DNA of 64,000 nt, taken from the NCBI GenBank assembly GCA_010909165.1, contig VJWM01000117.1, positions 186,001 to 250,000 on the forward strand, written 5' to 3'. Every line of letters starts with the position of its first letter. The first letter of the stretch is position 1. Both the position numbers and the translations under genes were made by a program. This DNA comes from Anthoceros angustus. Lineage: Eukaryota; Plantae; Anthocerotophyta. This document shows, piece after piece, positions 33,685-45,189 of this stretch. The notes below the pieces were generated by a model, which saw only the letters and a program-made list of their open reading frames with translations, was not told the DNA's origin and did not search any database.

Positions 33685-36600
33685 ATGCGTGGCGGTCGGC
33701 GGTCAAGAGTGAACCGTCGGGAGGATCGGACGTGGTCACCTCGCGTGCTCTCGAGCCGAGGAGAGGGAGGCGTCAAACCCAGCGAGAGCACCGTCGATCG
33801 GAGGAGGAGAACGTGGTCGTGTGCCGGACAAGGCAGTCGAGACGAGGGCGAGCGGAAGAAGGTAGGGGCGACGCCTAACCCGCGATGGCGTGACCATGGC
33901 CCCTACCTCGACCAAACAAGCGTACTCCATATTCGGAGGGAAGAAGGAGGCGGGATGGAGACCTTTGTGGAGGACTTCATGTCCAAAGCCAACTTCAGCG
34001 GAGGAGGCGTAGCTCATCCAGCTTTTCAAGGGGTTCTCAGGGCAGTGCTCAATGGTATCGGAGTACCGACCAGGAGAATGCCCCACCCGCCTCGTTTGAA
34101 GCTTTGAAAATGCCTTCTTAGAGCGGTTTCGAGGATCGACCGGGAGGGTATGTATTATCAAAGTTGGAAAATCGGCGAGGAAGAAGGAGAAAGGCTCGTA
34201 CATCGAGCGGTTCTATGAGGATCGGCATCCAACCCATACCACGATGCAAGCGTGACGGTGGTTGGCGGTCTAGCCAAACCCATGGCCAGGCACGTCCTGC
34301 TGCTGGCCGAGAAGGACGTGGGCAAGGCGGTCAGAGCGGCCGAAAACTACGAGGAATCGCTACATCAGAGGATAAAGAAATCCGCTCAAGGAGGCAAGAA
34401 GAAGAAGAAGAAACGGGGTTCAGACTCCGAGGAGGAAGAGTCTTCAGAGGAGGAGGAAGACCAATCGGAGGTGTCTTCGGAGGAGGAGCAGTCGTCCGAA
34501 GAAGAGACGGAGGTCTCTAGCGAGGAAGAGTATCCCCGCAAGAAGAAGAGCAAGAAGGCCCCGGCTAAAAAGAAGCAGGGTAAGAAGGAGGTGGTGACAC
34601 CGGCCGGTCAGAAGCTCCGGACCCGACTCCCTCAAAGGAGGTGGCAGTGCGGAGGACTGGAAAAGTGATAAAGAGTAGAGGACACAGCGATAAACCGGGT
34701 TAAGGGCCGAGGCGGAAAACACCGACGGTGCGAGCGCATCTACGGTGTCGTGTGCCAACACGGCCATTCGAAAATCAAGCGCCTCAAGGCGGTGCATCAA
34801 GTGGACTACGAATCGAGGAGGAGGTGAGGAGCAATGGGAAGAGGCCTATCAGTGCAGAAGCCCCTCACGGGCGCGATATCCCAAAACCATGTGTCCGTCA
34901 GCGGAGGTCCGGATCACAGAACCGCGCTTTTTCTAAGATCAAGAGTGTAGCGTGAGAGGAGAGAGGAAAGGATGATGCGAAGGATGTGTGAACGATACGG
35001 ACGAACGGGTCTCAAACGCTTGGCCATACCGGGCTCAGACGGAACGCCAGAGTAGTTAGGAGTATGTGTGTTGAGACGAACGAGCGCTAAGGACGGTAAG
35101 AATCACCAAACGCTGCGGGCCTATCATTCCCTTTGGGAACGGACTTCTTCCTACAACGACACGGATTGCGCGCGCCCGCCGCCATCGAAAAGTCACGCCA
35201 CATTTTGGCGCTGGGAATGAAATCGGCAAAGTGCGCCCTTAGGAAGAGAAGGTAAGTGAATGCGTGAGGTCGAGCGACGGTCAAGAGTGAACCGTCAGAG
35301 GATCGGACGTGGTCACCTCGCTGCTCTCCGAGCCGTGTGGAGAGGAGAGACGCCAAACCCAACGAGAGCACCGATCGAGGAGGGAGAACGTGGTCGAATT
35401 GTCGGACCAAGACGAGTACGGGTACAGGGACGCCAACGGAAGAAGGTAGGACAACCCACGCCTAATCGATGGCAGCCATGGCCCCTACCGACCAAACAAG
35501 CGCATCTATATTCGGAGGGAAGAAGGAGCGGATGCGAGACCTTTGTGGAGGACTTCGTCCAAAGCCAACTTCAACGGAGAGGGAGACGCGCAGCCTCATC
35601 CAAATTTTTCCAAGGGGTTCTCCGAGGACACTCAATGGTATCGGAGAAAGTACCGACCACCGGAGAATGCCCCACCCGCCTCGCTTGAAGCTTTGAAAAT
35701 GCCTTCTTAGAACGGTTTCGAGGATCGACCGTGAGGGGTATGTATTATCAAAGTTGGAAAATCGGCGAGGAAGAAGGAGAAAGGCTCGTACATCGAGCGG
35801 TTCTATGAGGATCGGCATCCAACCCATACCACGATGCAAGCGTGACGGTGGTTGGCGGTCTAGCCAAACCCATGGCGAGCACGTCCTGCTGCTGGCCGAG
35901 AAGGGCGTGGGCAAGGCGGTCGAGCGGCCGAAAACTACGAGGAATCGCTACATCGGAGGATAAAGAAATCCGCTCAAGGAGGCAAGAAGAAGAAGAAAGC
36001 GGGGTTCGAGACTCAGGAAGAGTCTTGAGAGGAGGAGGAAGACCAATCGGAGGTGTCTTGGAGGAGGAGCGGTCGTCCAGAAGAGACGGAGGTCTCTAGC
36101 GAGGAAGAGTATCCAGAAGAAGAGCAAGAAGGCCCGGCTAAAAGAAGCGGGGTAAGAAGGAGGTGGTGACACCGGCCGGTCAGAAGCTCCGGACCCGACT
36201 CCCTCAAAGGAGGTGGCAGTGCGGAGGACTGGAAAAGTGATAAAGAGTAGAGGACACAGCGATAAACCGGGTTAAGGGCCGAGGCGGAAAACACCGACGG
36301 TGCGAGCGCATCTACGGTGTCGTGTGCCAACACGGCCATTCGAAAATCAAGCGCCTCAAGGCGGTGCATCAAGTGGACTACGAATCGAGGAGGAGGTGAG
36401 GAGCAATGGGAAGAGGCCTATCAGTGCAGAAGCCCCTCACGGGCGCGATATCCCAAAACCATGTGTCCGTCAGCGGAGGTCCGTCAATACAGCAGGCCCC
36501 ACCGATGCACGACCGCATGGGAGCCTTGGGTATCCTCCGTGCAGTAGTGGTCTGCATTGGGCTGGAATCTGGCCATTACTCCAGCGTGTCCGTACAGCAG

Positions 36601-37240
36601 GCGGTAATAATGGGGACTTGTGTGGCGGCCGGTGGGCATATGACGATGCTATGTCCCAACCCCGAGGGGCAGTGCGATATGCCACACCAAGCGGAGAACC
36701 CCGACCACCACGCCACCTCCTAAGGCTCCGTCACGGCGTCGAAGATGCTCGATTGGCGGAGTGGGAAGAGATTCCCAGAGGTACGCGAGATGGAAAAGAA
36801 GAAGATGCGGTGGGGTGTCGAAAGGAAGGGAGTCGGGCGTGGAAAATCTTGGAGGTGTCTACTCGTGGCCGAAGGAAGGAGGGCGAGAAAGGCGCCGGTG
36901 AAGAAGAACAAAGGCGGAGAGCGTCACGGGCCGAGGAAGGCAATCAAGCGGAAATACCCGGTGAGAGGATCCGGCCGATGAAGGAGGGGGGCAGGCTCTG
37001 CGGGAGGATTACGAAGGAAGTTCTCGTGCGGGGAGGGAGAAGGGCAGTGCCTCCGCGGCGGCGATTTCCACGGACGTGGTCAGGGGGTAGATGTTGCGGG
37101 AGGAAATCAAGCATCCGGAGAATACCGAACACAAGTGACCGGGAGAGGATGAGACGCAGCAATAGGATCCTCGATTGGGGTAGAAGCCTCTTTAATGTGG
37201 CGGACGATGATGAATCAAGACACCTTGTGTCCTTTCGGCC
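33685..37240 (+). pseudogene. gag: Gypsy gag; the N-terminal half is present twice
   Basis: Retrotransposon-gag-like ETFVEDF...FQGVLR...QWY...F.ERF, acidic/basic tract SEEEESSEEEED...KKKSKK, and Cys/His knuckle remnants at ~36610-36700. Confidence 0.8.
34925..36480 (+). repeat. Tandem second copy (~1.56 kb) of LTR end, PBS and gag 5' half (33355-34911)
   Basis: Second LTR end cacgccaca at 35202 followed by a PBS. The ORF track shows near-identical peptides at 34164/35754 and 34728/36300. Confidence 0.9.
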
Positions 37241-37329
37241 TTGAGGATAACCCGAAATCTGGCAAGAGGTCCGTCGGGCCGTTAGAAACCTCGCACCAAA
37301 GCCGGAAGGGTATACAGTGGAAGTGAGGG

Positions 37330-38324
37330 TGGTGTCCCATACGGACCCAGGCGCCGATGGTACAAGTGGAGATTGGATGTATCATCAAGGATGTACCGTT
37401 GGACACGGTCGGAGTCAACCTCATCACGAAGCCACGGCACGAATTGGGCTTCACATCCTTGAACCCTCAGAAGACTACGAGAATGGCGGACATGTCGAAG
37501 AGATCCGTGGAGTTAAGCAGTCTTGGCCACCATAGCCGTGCACCCTACAAACCGGATTTTGTTGTGATCAAACCGGCCGGACCATTAGGGTATGAGGTGT
37601 TCTTTGGGCGGCCATGGTTGGCCTGACAAGCTACACTTTGGAAGGAAGGAGATTCACTTCAAGCCGTGGTGGGACCCTAAGGTGCGAGAAGGGAGGTTGC
37701 TATCACGGAGCAAGGACACCTATTGTGGGGAAGCTGAGCACTACGAAGGGTATACCTCGTGGAGGACTCCAGCGGCGAACAAGATAGTTCAGGAGGCGTA
37801 CCCTTTCGCCAAGATCCGCCGGTCCGAGGAGGAGATGGACTACCGCGGATGCCTTTGGTGCGGAAGTGGTTGATTGTTTTCGAGTAAACGCCACAACGGG
37901 CCGGAGGAAGGAAGTGAAGGAGGTCGGACCCGGCCTGAGGGGAGGCAAGAGTCGGACCAAGGAAGCGGACATCGGAAGGGTAACACGATTCACCTCAAGC
38001 AGCTCTTGAGGAATGGGGATGAGAGGGCGATCCAGGAGGAGGACGAGGGTTTGGGCCAGGCCGAGGAGCAGGAGGCAGTGAACCCGGGACGTGGAAGAAG
38101 TGGAGGTCCGCAGCAAATTTCAAGTTTAAGAAGGCATGCCTCGGGACTGAAGGAAGGTAAGCAATCTGGGGAGTTTTCGGTATTGCCTTCAAGGTCACGA
38201 TTAGGGGACGGGCGCGGAGGCGTCGAGAACGTAGGGCCGAGAGCCGCGATAGGCCGTGCGCGCCGACGCGAGTCCGCCTCGCGTGGCGGGAGGTCGAGGC
38301 GATAGCCAGGTCCGTGACCAACCG
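37330..38324 (+). pseudogene. pol: Gypsy aspartic protease and linker, cut by the insert
   Basis: VGVNLI...MAD.SKRSV...VVIKP..P.GYEVFFGRPWL. The frame reads ...EVEAI just before the insert. Confidence 0.75.
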
Positions 38325-38354
38325 TACAGCAAATTATAACTATCTTTTCTTCTT

Positions 38355-38910
38355 GGATGATAATATCCTAATTCTTTTACTTTCACACTTCATAGTGTCA
38401 TTTCCGAGGCCATTTTCGGTTTTATTTCAATCTTCATCGAAGCGGTATGTCGCAAGCTCTGACTCTGGATAAGCGATAGAAGTGAAAATCACTTACACTT
38501 GGTTCTAAACGATGCTTGCTGTGGTAATTTACTCGACGGCAAGGAAACCGGATGAACTGCAAATCAAATTTGATTACGAGCGACATGAGGTGACTCAAAC
38601 GCAAAACCCTAAGCTCGAAGCTTGGATGAAAGATAATATCCTAATTTTTACTTTCACACTTCATGCGCTGGCTTCCGAGGCGTATTTTCGTTTCGCCGCA
38701 TCTTCATCGCCAAGCTTACCGCAGCCCGCATGCGCTGACCATAAGCGGTGCTAGAAGTGAAAATCACTTACACTTGGTTCTAAACGATGCTTGCCGTGTA
38801 ATTTACCTGTACGGCAAGGAAACCGGATGAACTGCAAATCAAATTTGATTACCGACCGAATGTATATCTGGCCACACTCAAGAACGCAAAACCCTAAGCT
38901 CAAGCTGGAC
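38355..38910. repeat. Tandem repeat, ~270-280 bp x2
   Basis: gataatatcctaatt...tagaagtgaaaatcacttacacttggttctaaacgatgcttgc...acgcaaaaccctaagctc occurs twice. Confidence 0.88.
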
Positions 38911-40059
38911 TGAATCAACCGAATCAAAATGATGTACTATACTACTTTACCTTGAAGTTCGTTGTAGTTGTTTCTTTGATGCACTCGACAATTCTTGATA
39001 ACCCGAGGGTTTGTAGCTTCAAGATGGTCCGAGAATCGACAACAAGAAAGCCAAGGTGCAAGCTACTTGAAATGTTCGTGGGGCCGTTGTGGGCCCGGGC
39101 TCCTAAGCTTTGCCGGAATCTTCAACCCGTGTATAACCTTCAAGATACAATGAGCAAATGACATAAAGACTCATCATTTCCTTAACACCCTTGTGAGGTC
39201 ACAGATCACATGTTGTGCTCAACTTCACTCATCGATGGCCCATCCTAGCCCCTCTGTCGAAGCGCAAACAAAAACATCCACGTGCACTTGCAAGTCGGTT
39301 CGTCGGGTTGCTATCTCGAGACTTGGGAATGATCAAGAGAAGCTTACAAGTTAAACAAGTCCGCATGAAGATAACTGCTAACAATTTGGTCATCATGCGC
39401 AACTTAAGGAGTTGACATTGCACATGCCTCGATTTGAGCCATGGTGGCAACGGATTTTGAGGAGGAGTTGGCTTTCTGGTGGTTTGGCTTCCCTCGGTTA
39501 ATTAGGGCGGTCCACAATCTGCAGAAGACAATAGCATTAGAGCATGACGACATGCTTTACATCCTAGCGAGCTAATCTCACGATACGCAAGAAATTGATT
39601 GCAAGGGCATCCGGGCACTATCCCACAAGCTCAAACAGTTCACTCCCTTTTCTCCACACATGAAGAGCAGCATTTTTTACCAGATTCTCTCGCACACTTG
39701 AGCCTTGGATCATGGACATCAATGGTAGGAATACAGGCAAGAAAAATACTCAATGTATGCCATTGGAGCGTCTCCTTGGCGGATCCGTTTAAAACTCATA
39801 TGTAAGCGACGCAACCTTTTAAGTCCACAAGGCAAGAAACATTTCAGACGAAACACACAGGACCCCATTGCTAACGCCAAAACCACTGGTAGCCACCATA
39901 ATACTCACAGTATCGCTCGCCATTTCGGTGAACAATTTGAAAACATTGCAATCTCAATGCACAATTCCGGTATCGCCTCCTCGTGGCTAGAGTTCCTTGC
40001 ATCAACAAATCTCGGAGACATCGACGATCGATCGTTTGTTGATCTTGTGGGGTCGCTCA

Positions 40060-40780
40060 CAAGGAAGTTGCGAGGCAAGGCCAGTGTGCGGAGGCTCAGC
40101 TCCTGAGCGGTGGCGGATTAGTCGTGGTAGGCGCCGCCGGCACCGATAAAGGCCCGGCGAACACCGCACTGCAGTACGGTAGGATACCATCATGAAGGAT
40201 GGAGCTCGTTGGTGCCCAGAAGCAAATCGGAGCACGCCACAAACAAACATTTTTGTCAAAAGCGAGCCATGGCCAGCCGCATTCAAGCAGGCCTGTACCA
40301 ATGCATTCAACGAAATGGCTCACTCACATGATCACGCCAGACTTGCGCGTGGTCCATGTGCGCAACTCAAGCTCTGGCGGTTGATTCCGTCGGTGATCGG
40401 AAGCGTGGCAAGAATCACCAGAAACACCGCGAATCCGATCGGCAAGGGCGCGAGAATCTACCGTGCAGCGCCAGGCTGTCGAGCGAATTTAGCGTGACCC
40501 AACATGACCCACGATAATCGACACCACGCGGTCCGAATCCGGTTCATGTTCATACCGGAACGTGAGAATCACGCGCATTCCTCTTGGCGTCGGTGGCCGA
40601 GAGCACGGTGTGGACGAGGACGAAGGTGCCCACGATCTCGGCTCCCAGCCCCGTTGCCTTGGTGTACCCGTGCTGCACCATGTTGGCGGCCCCCGTGCCG
40701 TATCGGTCGAAGAACGCGGACTGCCATCCCTTCACCAACCCCACCCCCGCCACGCTCAATGGCAGGACCAGATCACACAT
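40060..40780 (-). pseudogene. PIP1: 3' half of a plasma-membrane intrinsic protein (PIP1-like aquaporin) gene with two introns
   Basis: Exon ~40780-40556 GVGLVKG...[39 protein letters not shown]; GT-AG intron 40555-40458; exon 40457-40328 ILAPLPIGFAVFLVILATLPIT.GIN..RSL; intron 40327-40169; last exon with GPFIGA..AAYH. Intron positions match the conserved PIP layout. Confidence 0.92.
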
Positions 40781-41520
40781 CAAACTGAAGACTTGCCAGC
40801 TTCCCCAAGGACACCATGTTGCCTGAGACTCTTCTTAACTCCTCTGCACGCAAGCCCAGGTAAGCAGTCGATGGCGAGCCCGCATCGCTGCAGATCGTCT
40901 TTGAGTCCGAGCTTTTTCTCTGCAAGCAACTCGCTCTGTGGAATCTGAAGGAGACCGGTTCTTGGTGGCGGTCATCGAGAGGGACCACGGACATCGTGGT
41001 GCACACCATAGCCGGGCTCCGGGACTCGGCTCAAGCTCAAGGAGACGGAGAGCTTGGGTGACCTCTCGTGGCACCAATGTGGACATAAACTTCCTCGGCG
41101 CCCTTTGGGGAGATCGGGTGCCTACACGGTGGTGCGCACATCAAAATCAAGACTTGCCGCTTCCCAAGGACACCATGTTGCCCGAGACTCTTCTTAACTC
41201 CTCCGCCGCACGCCAAGGTAAACCAGTCGATGGCGAGCCCGCATGCGCCTGCAGATCGGCCGGAGTCTCGAGGCCGCTTTATCGCGCAAGCAACTCGCCT
41301 GTGGAACTGCAAGAAGGAGACCGCCTTGGTGGCGCCATCGAGGGACCACGACATCGTGGTGCACACCATAGCTGCCCGGGACTCCCATCAAGCTCAAGGA
41401 GACGACGGAGAGCTTGGGTGACCTCATGCGCACCAATGTGGACATAAACTTCTCGCCTTTGGGGAGAGATCGGTGCCTACGAGGTGGTGCGCATATCAAA
41501 GATCAAGAGACCCAAAGATC
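40779..41520. repeat. Tandem repeat, ~360 bp x2 plus a partial unit, abutting the PIP fragment
   Basis: Units start catcaaa..aagacttgcc at ~40779 and ~41140, with a partial unit at ~41492. Confidence 0.85.
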
Positions 41521-42639
41521 AAGCCATCTGGTGGGCGGCTTCTCGCATCGCCCTCAAGCGGAGCGAGGCCGCATTCGGAAGCAACTAGGGGCGAATCGTG
41601 ATCCCCAACAACTGTCTGCAAGTATGTCTTGTTTTTCTCTCGCCTCAAGAGTTGGGCGAGAGAGGAAATGGCGTGTGGCGAGTCACCGTTGGAGCCGATG
41701 GAGCGTGAGGCTGGTGGAGCGGTGGGCGGCAATGGCGGCAGCAGTTAGGCGGGCCTTGCGATGAGTGCAATGAGGCGGTATTCCTTTCCGATCCAATCGC
41801 CATCAGGTGCCCTATCGCAATCGGCAAGGATCGAGACCCGGGGGCGATGCGGATGCATAGCGGGTTAGGGTTGGAAGTTTCTTGCGGATGACCTCGTGTA
41901 TTGTTTGATTGGTCGGCGACCGTTTCCATCGTTCGAGGTTCGAGTTAGGTTTGGTGTGGTCAAGCTAGGTTTGGTAAGTGTAATTTAGGTTTGGCGGCTA
42001 GAGCGTGGCCAATCATAGATTTAGGTAGGTTTGGAATTTGGTTTGGAATTCTAGGTTGATAAATTCAAACAAGGTGCAGTAGAGAGAGATGGCGGGATGG
42101 AGGAAGGAGTTAGGGTTTTGTATGCTATATAAACTCTTTCTTGGATGGTATTGTCTTTTCCTAGGGTAGCTCAGGGCCAAGGTCTTCGTAGTTGCGTCTT
42201 TTGTTTTGTAGTCCAAGGTTTCCATGTCCAAGTCCAGTGTCTTTGTCAGTTTGAAGTAGTTTGAAGCCAATTTCTTGTTTTGTTGTGAAGTTGTTACTTC
42301 AAAAGCCAAAGTTGTTTGCCTCAAGGCCAAGGTTTCTCGACTTAAAGGCCGATGTCATTTTTCGAGTGTCTTGGTCTTTTTTGTCGGCGTTTTCTCCGCT
42401 CTTTTATTGCTACTCTTGCCTTATGTCGCTCTTCTCTTTAGTTTGTGTGCTGTAGTTTGTTTGTTGTTGCGTTTCATGGCGTCTGTTGAGTTGGTGTTCG
42501 AGTTTGTTTTGTGCATGCCTCTTTTCCTCTCCGGGCCGTTGATGACCTTACTTGAACTGTTTATGTGTGTTCGAGTCTATTATGCGCCAATAAGGTGCGG
42601 GTTAAGCACTTCTATGTGTGAAGTCGTTTATATCGTTTC

Positions 42640-44830
42640 TTTGTCTTTTTCGTATGCATCTTGTGTCTTTGTCTTTCTTACTTCCTTGAAACCAATATAA
42701 AAACCAAGGCTGCCTTTGGAGGCTAGTAGGGAGTTTTGAAGTTCTTGGTTGGACATTGAAGTATGGCGCTTTTGTGTTTCATTTACGCTCACGTTTGCGA
42801 CTTCGATTGTTTAGATGGAAAATTGGTCTTCTATCTATTCTTGTTTTGTTGGAGTTCTTGCCGTCGCGTGTTCACGATGTTCCTCTTCACGTAAGTCTTC
42901 TTATTTTGTTACTCGCGTTTACGGATACATAAAAAGTTTCCATCTTTATCTCCTATTTTTTTTTCATTGTCACCTTGTGTTGTTCCATCGTAGAACATAG
43001 AGTTTTATGTATGTTCTTTGTCTAGTTTGTGAAGGTTTACATTATTTGTTTCGTTTAACATTTGGCTTGATTGTCCTCGATGTTATGCATCTTCATGAGT
43101 TTCGATCTTTCTTTGTCTTTTTCGTTATGCATGTTGTGTCTTTGTCTTTCTTATTACTTCCTTGAAACCAATATAAAGGCAAAAGGCTGACCGGAGGCTA
43201 GTAGGGAGTTTTGAAGTTATTGGTTGGACATTGAAGTATGAGCGCTTTTGTGTTTCATTTACCACGTCGCGACTTTCGCTTGTTTAGATGGAAAATTGGT
43301 CTTCTATCTATATGTTTTGTTGAGTTCTGCCGCCGTGTTCACGATGTTCCTCTTGCGTAAGTCTTCTTATTTTGTTGTTACCGCTCGGATACATAAAGAA
43401 GTTTCCATCTTTATCTCCTATTTTTCTTTCAGTTGTCACCTTGTGTTCGTCCATCGTAGAACATAGAGTTTTATGTATGTTCTTTGTCTAGTTTGTGAAG
43501 GTTTCCGTTATTTGTTTCGTTTAACATTTGGCTTGATTGTCCTCGATGTTATGCATCTTCCTGTGATTTTCCTGATCTTTCTTTCAGTTTCTCACCTCCG
43601 TATGTTTCGATGCAGGGGTTGCCGAAAGCTTCGAAAAGATCCGGACTTAACTGAATGTATACTCTGGAAAGTAATAACTGGTACGATCGTTGTTTGTTTG
43701 GTTGTGTCTTCTGTTTAGGGCTTTCAAGCCTCACCATTGATTTCCGTGTTATCATCCATTGTATAGCTTTGATCTTTTGGTTGTGTCATTACTCTTACCT
43801 TTGTGTTGGTTTTGTTTTCTCCTCAGTTCATAAGTTCGTTTATTTGTCATTCATTGTCTTGTAGACTAGCAATAAAGTTTTGTCGACTTTGTAGCTTCCT
43901 TTCGATTAATTATTTCGGTATGTTTTGTCATGCGAGAAGAGTTTGGGCGGCTTGAAGGATATATCCGTGGCTGGATATCTGCGAAGTAATTTGTGCGATT
44001 CATTCTTTGTGTGTTGTTTTGTTTGATTGTGTGTCATTTCGGGACTATAGTTTCATTGTTTTGTTTGTGGCGTTTTGAGTTTCTTTGTTAGCTTTGTTTG
44101 GTGCTTTTCGATTGCTTACTTATGTCTTGGCGGCGAGGAGAGTGTGGGGGCTTGAACAAGATCCACGAAGAAAGAAAATTCTATCGATGGGTGAAGCAGT
44201 GGTATGTTTTCATCTTTGTGTCAATGTTATGCATCTTCCGTGAGTTTCGATCTTTCTTTCGCTCACCTCCGTATGTTTTCATGTGGTTTGGGAAGCTTGA
44301 AAAGATCCGACTTAACTAATGTATACTGGAAAGTAAGAACTGCACGATCGTTGTTTGGTCGTGTCCTCCGCTTAGGGTTTTCAAGCCTCACCATTGATTT
44401 CCGTGTTGTCTCATCCATTGTATAGCTTTGCGCCTTTTTGGTCTTACCTTTGTGTTGGTTTTGTTTTCTCCTCGCTCATAAGTTTGCTTATCTATGTCAT
44501 TCATTGTCTTATAGACTAGCAATAAAGTTTTGTCACTTTGTAGCTTCCTTTCGCTTAATTATTTCCTATGTTTTGTCATGCGTAAGAGTTTGAAGGATAA
44601 GATATCAGAATCGGATAATACCGCAGAAGTAATTTGGGTGCGATGCATTCCAATTATGTGTTTCGTGACTATAGTTTCATTGTTTTGTTTGTGGCGGAGT
44701 TTGTCGTTAGCTTTGTTTGGTGCTTTTCGCTTGCTTACTGTATGTCTTGGGCGAGGAGAGTGTGGGGGCTTGAACAAGATCCTCAAGAAACTGAAATTTC
44801 GCTCAGTAGGCAACAGTGGTATGTTTTCAT
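42640..44830. repeat. T-rich tandem duplications (~475 bp x2, then ~660 bp x2)
   Basis: ttacttccttgaaaccaatataaa at ~42680 and ~43153; aagatccgRacttaact at ~43637 and ~44302; junction word ttatgcatctt. Confidence 0.85.
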
Positions 44831-45189
44831 CTTTGTGTCAAACTGTTGTCTGTCACTACGTTTCTCGCTTGTGTTCGTCTCTGCTACATACATGCAAAAT
44901 CGCGTGTGACGCATTGTTGTTTGACCTTTACCTTTGTTTGGTTCACTCTGAATGGTATGGTATTTACGAATATGTTTTCTTGCCCGGTTAGCGATTTGGT
45001 GGGATTTCTAGAATGAGCTTTCATCTAGATGTACACAGTATTCACTTGGAGTCAATTTTTTCTACCCTGCTTCTGGTTTCAACATTTATGGTGGATGCAT
45101 TTCACCCACATGCCATGTTTTCTACTCTATTGTAATAGATTCTACTATATTGAGTAAAAAAATGACCAAATGGTCAATTCTCTTTCTAG

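Larger units (their letters stand above)
38325..45189 (+). mobile_element. 6.9 kb non-retroelement insert in pol, Helitron-like and non-autonomous
   Basis: Pol is interrupted at ~38324 and resumes at ~45190 (EIY..LAPK). The 3' end has a hairpin tgacca-aa-tggtca (45163-45176) 9 nt before CTAG (45186-45189). It carries gene fragments and tandem repeats. The canonical 5' TC and A|T target are not met. Confidence 0.5.

Noticed and set aside
40060-41600. Complete functional PIP gene
   Set aside because: No exon 1 or first GGHINPAVT loop was found upstream, where a tandem repeat lies instead.
38325-45189. Autonomous Helitron, or a TIR element with TSD tgaccaa
   Set aside because: No Rep/helicase motifs and no TIRs were seen. 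The tgaccaa match is part of the 3' hairpin and would not restore the pol reading.
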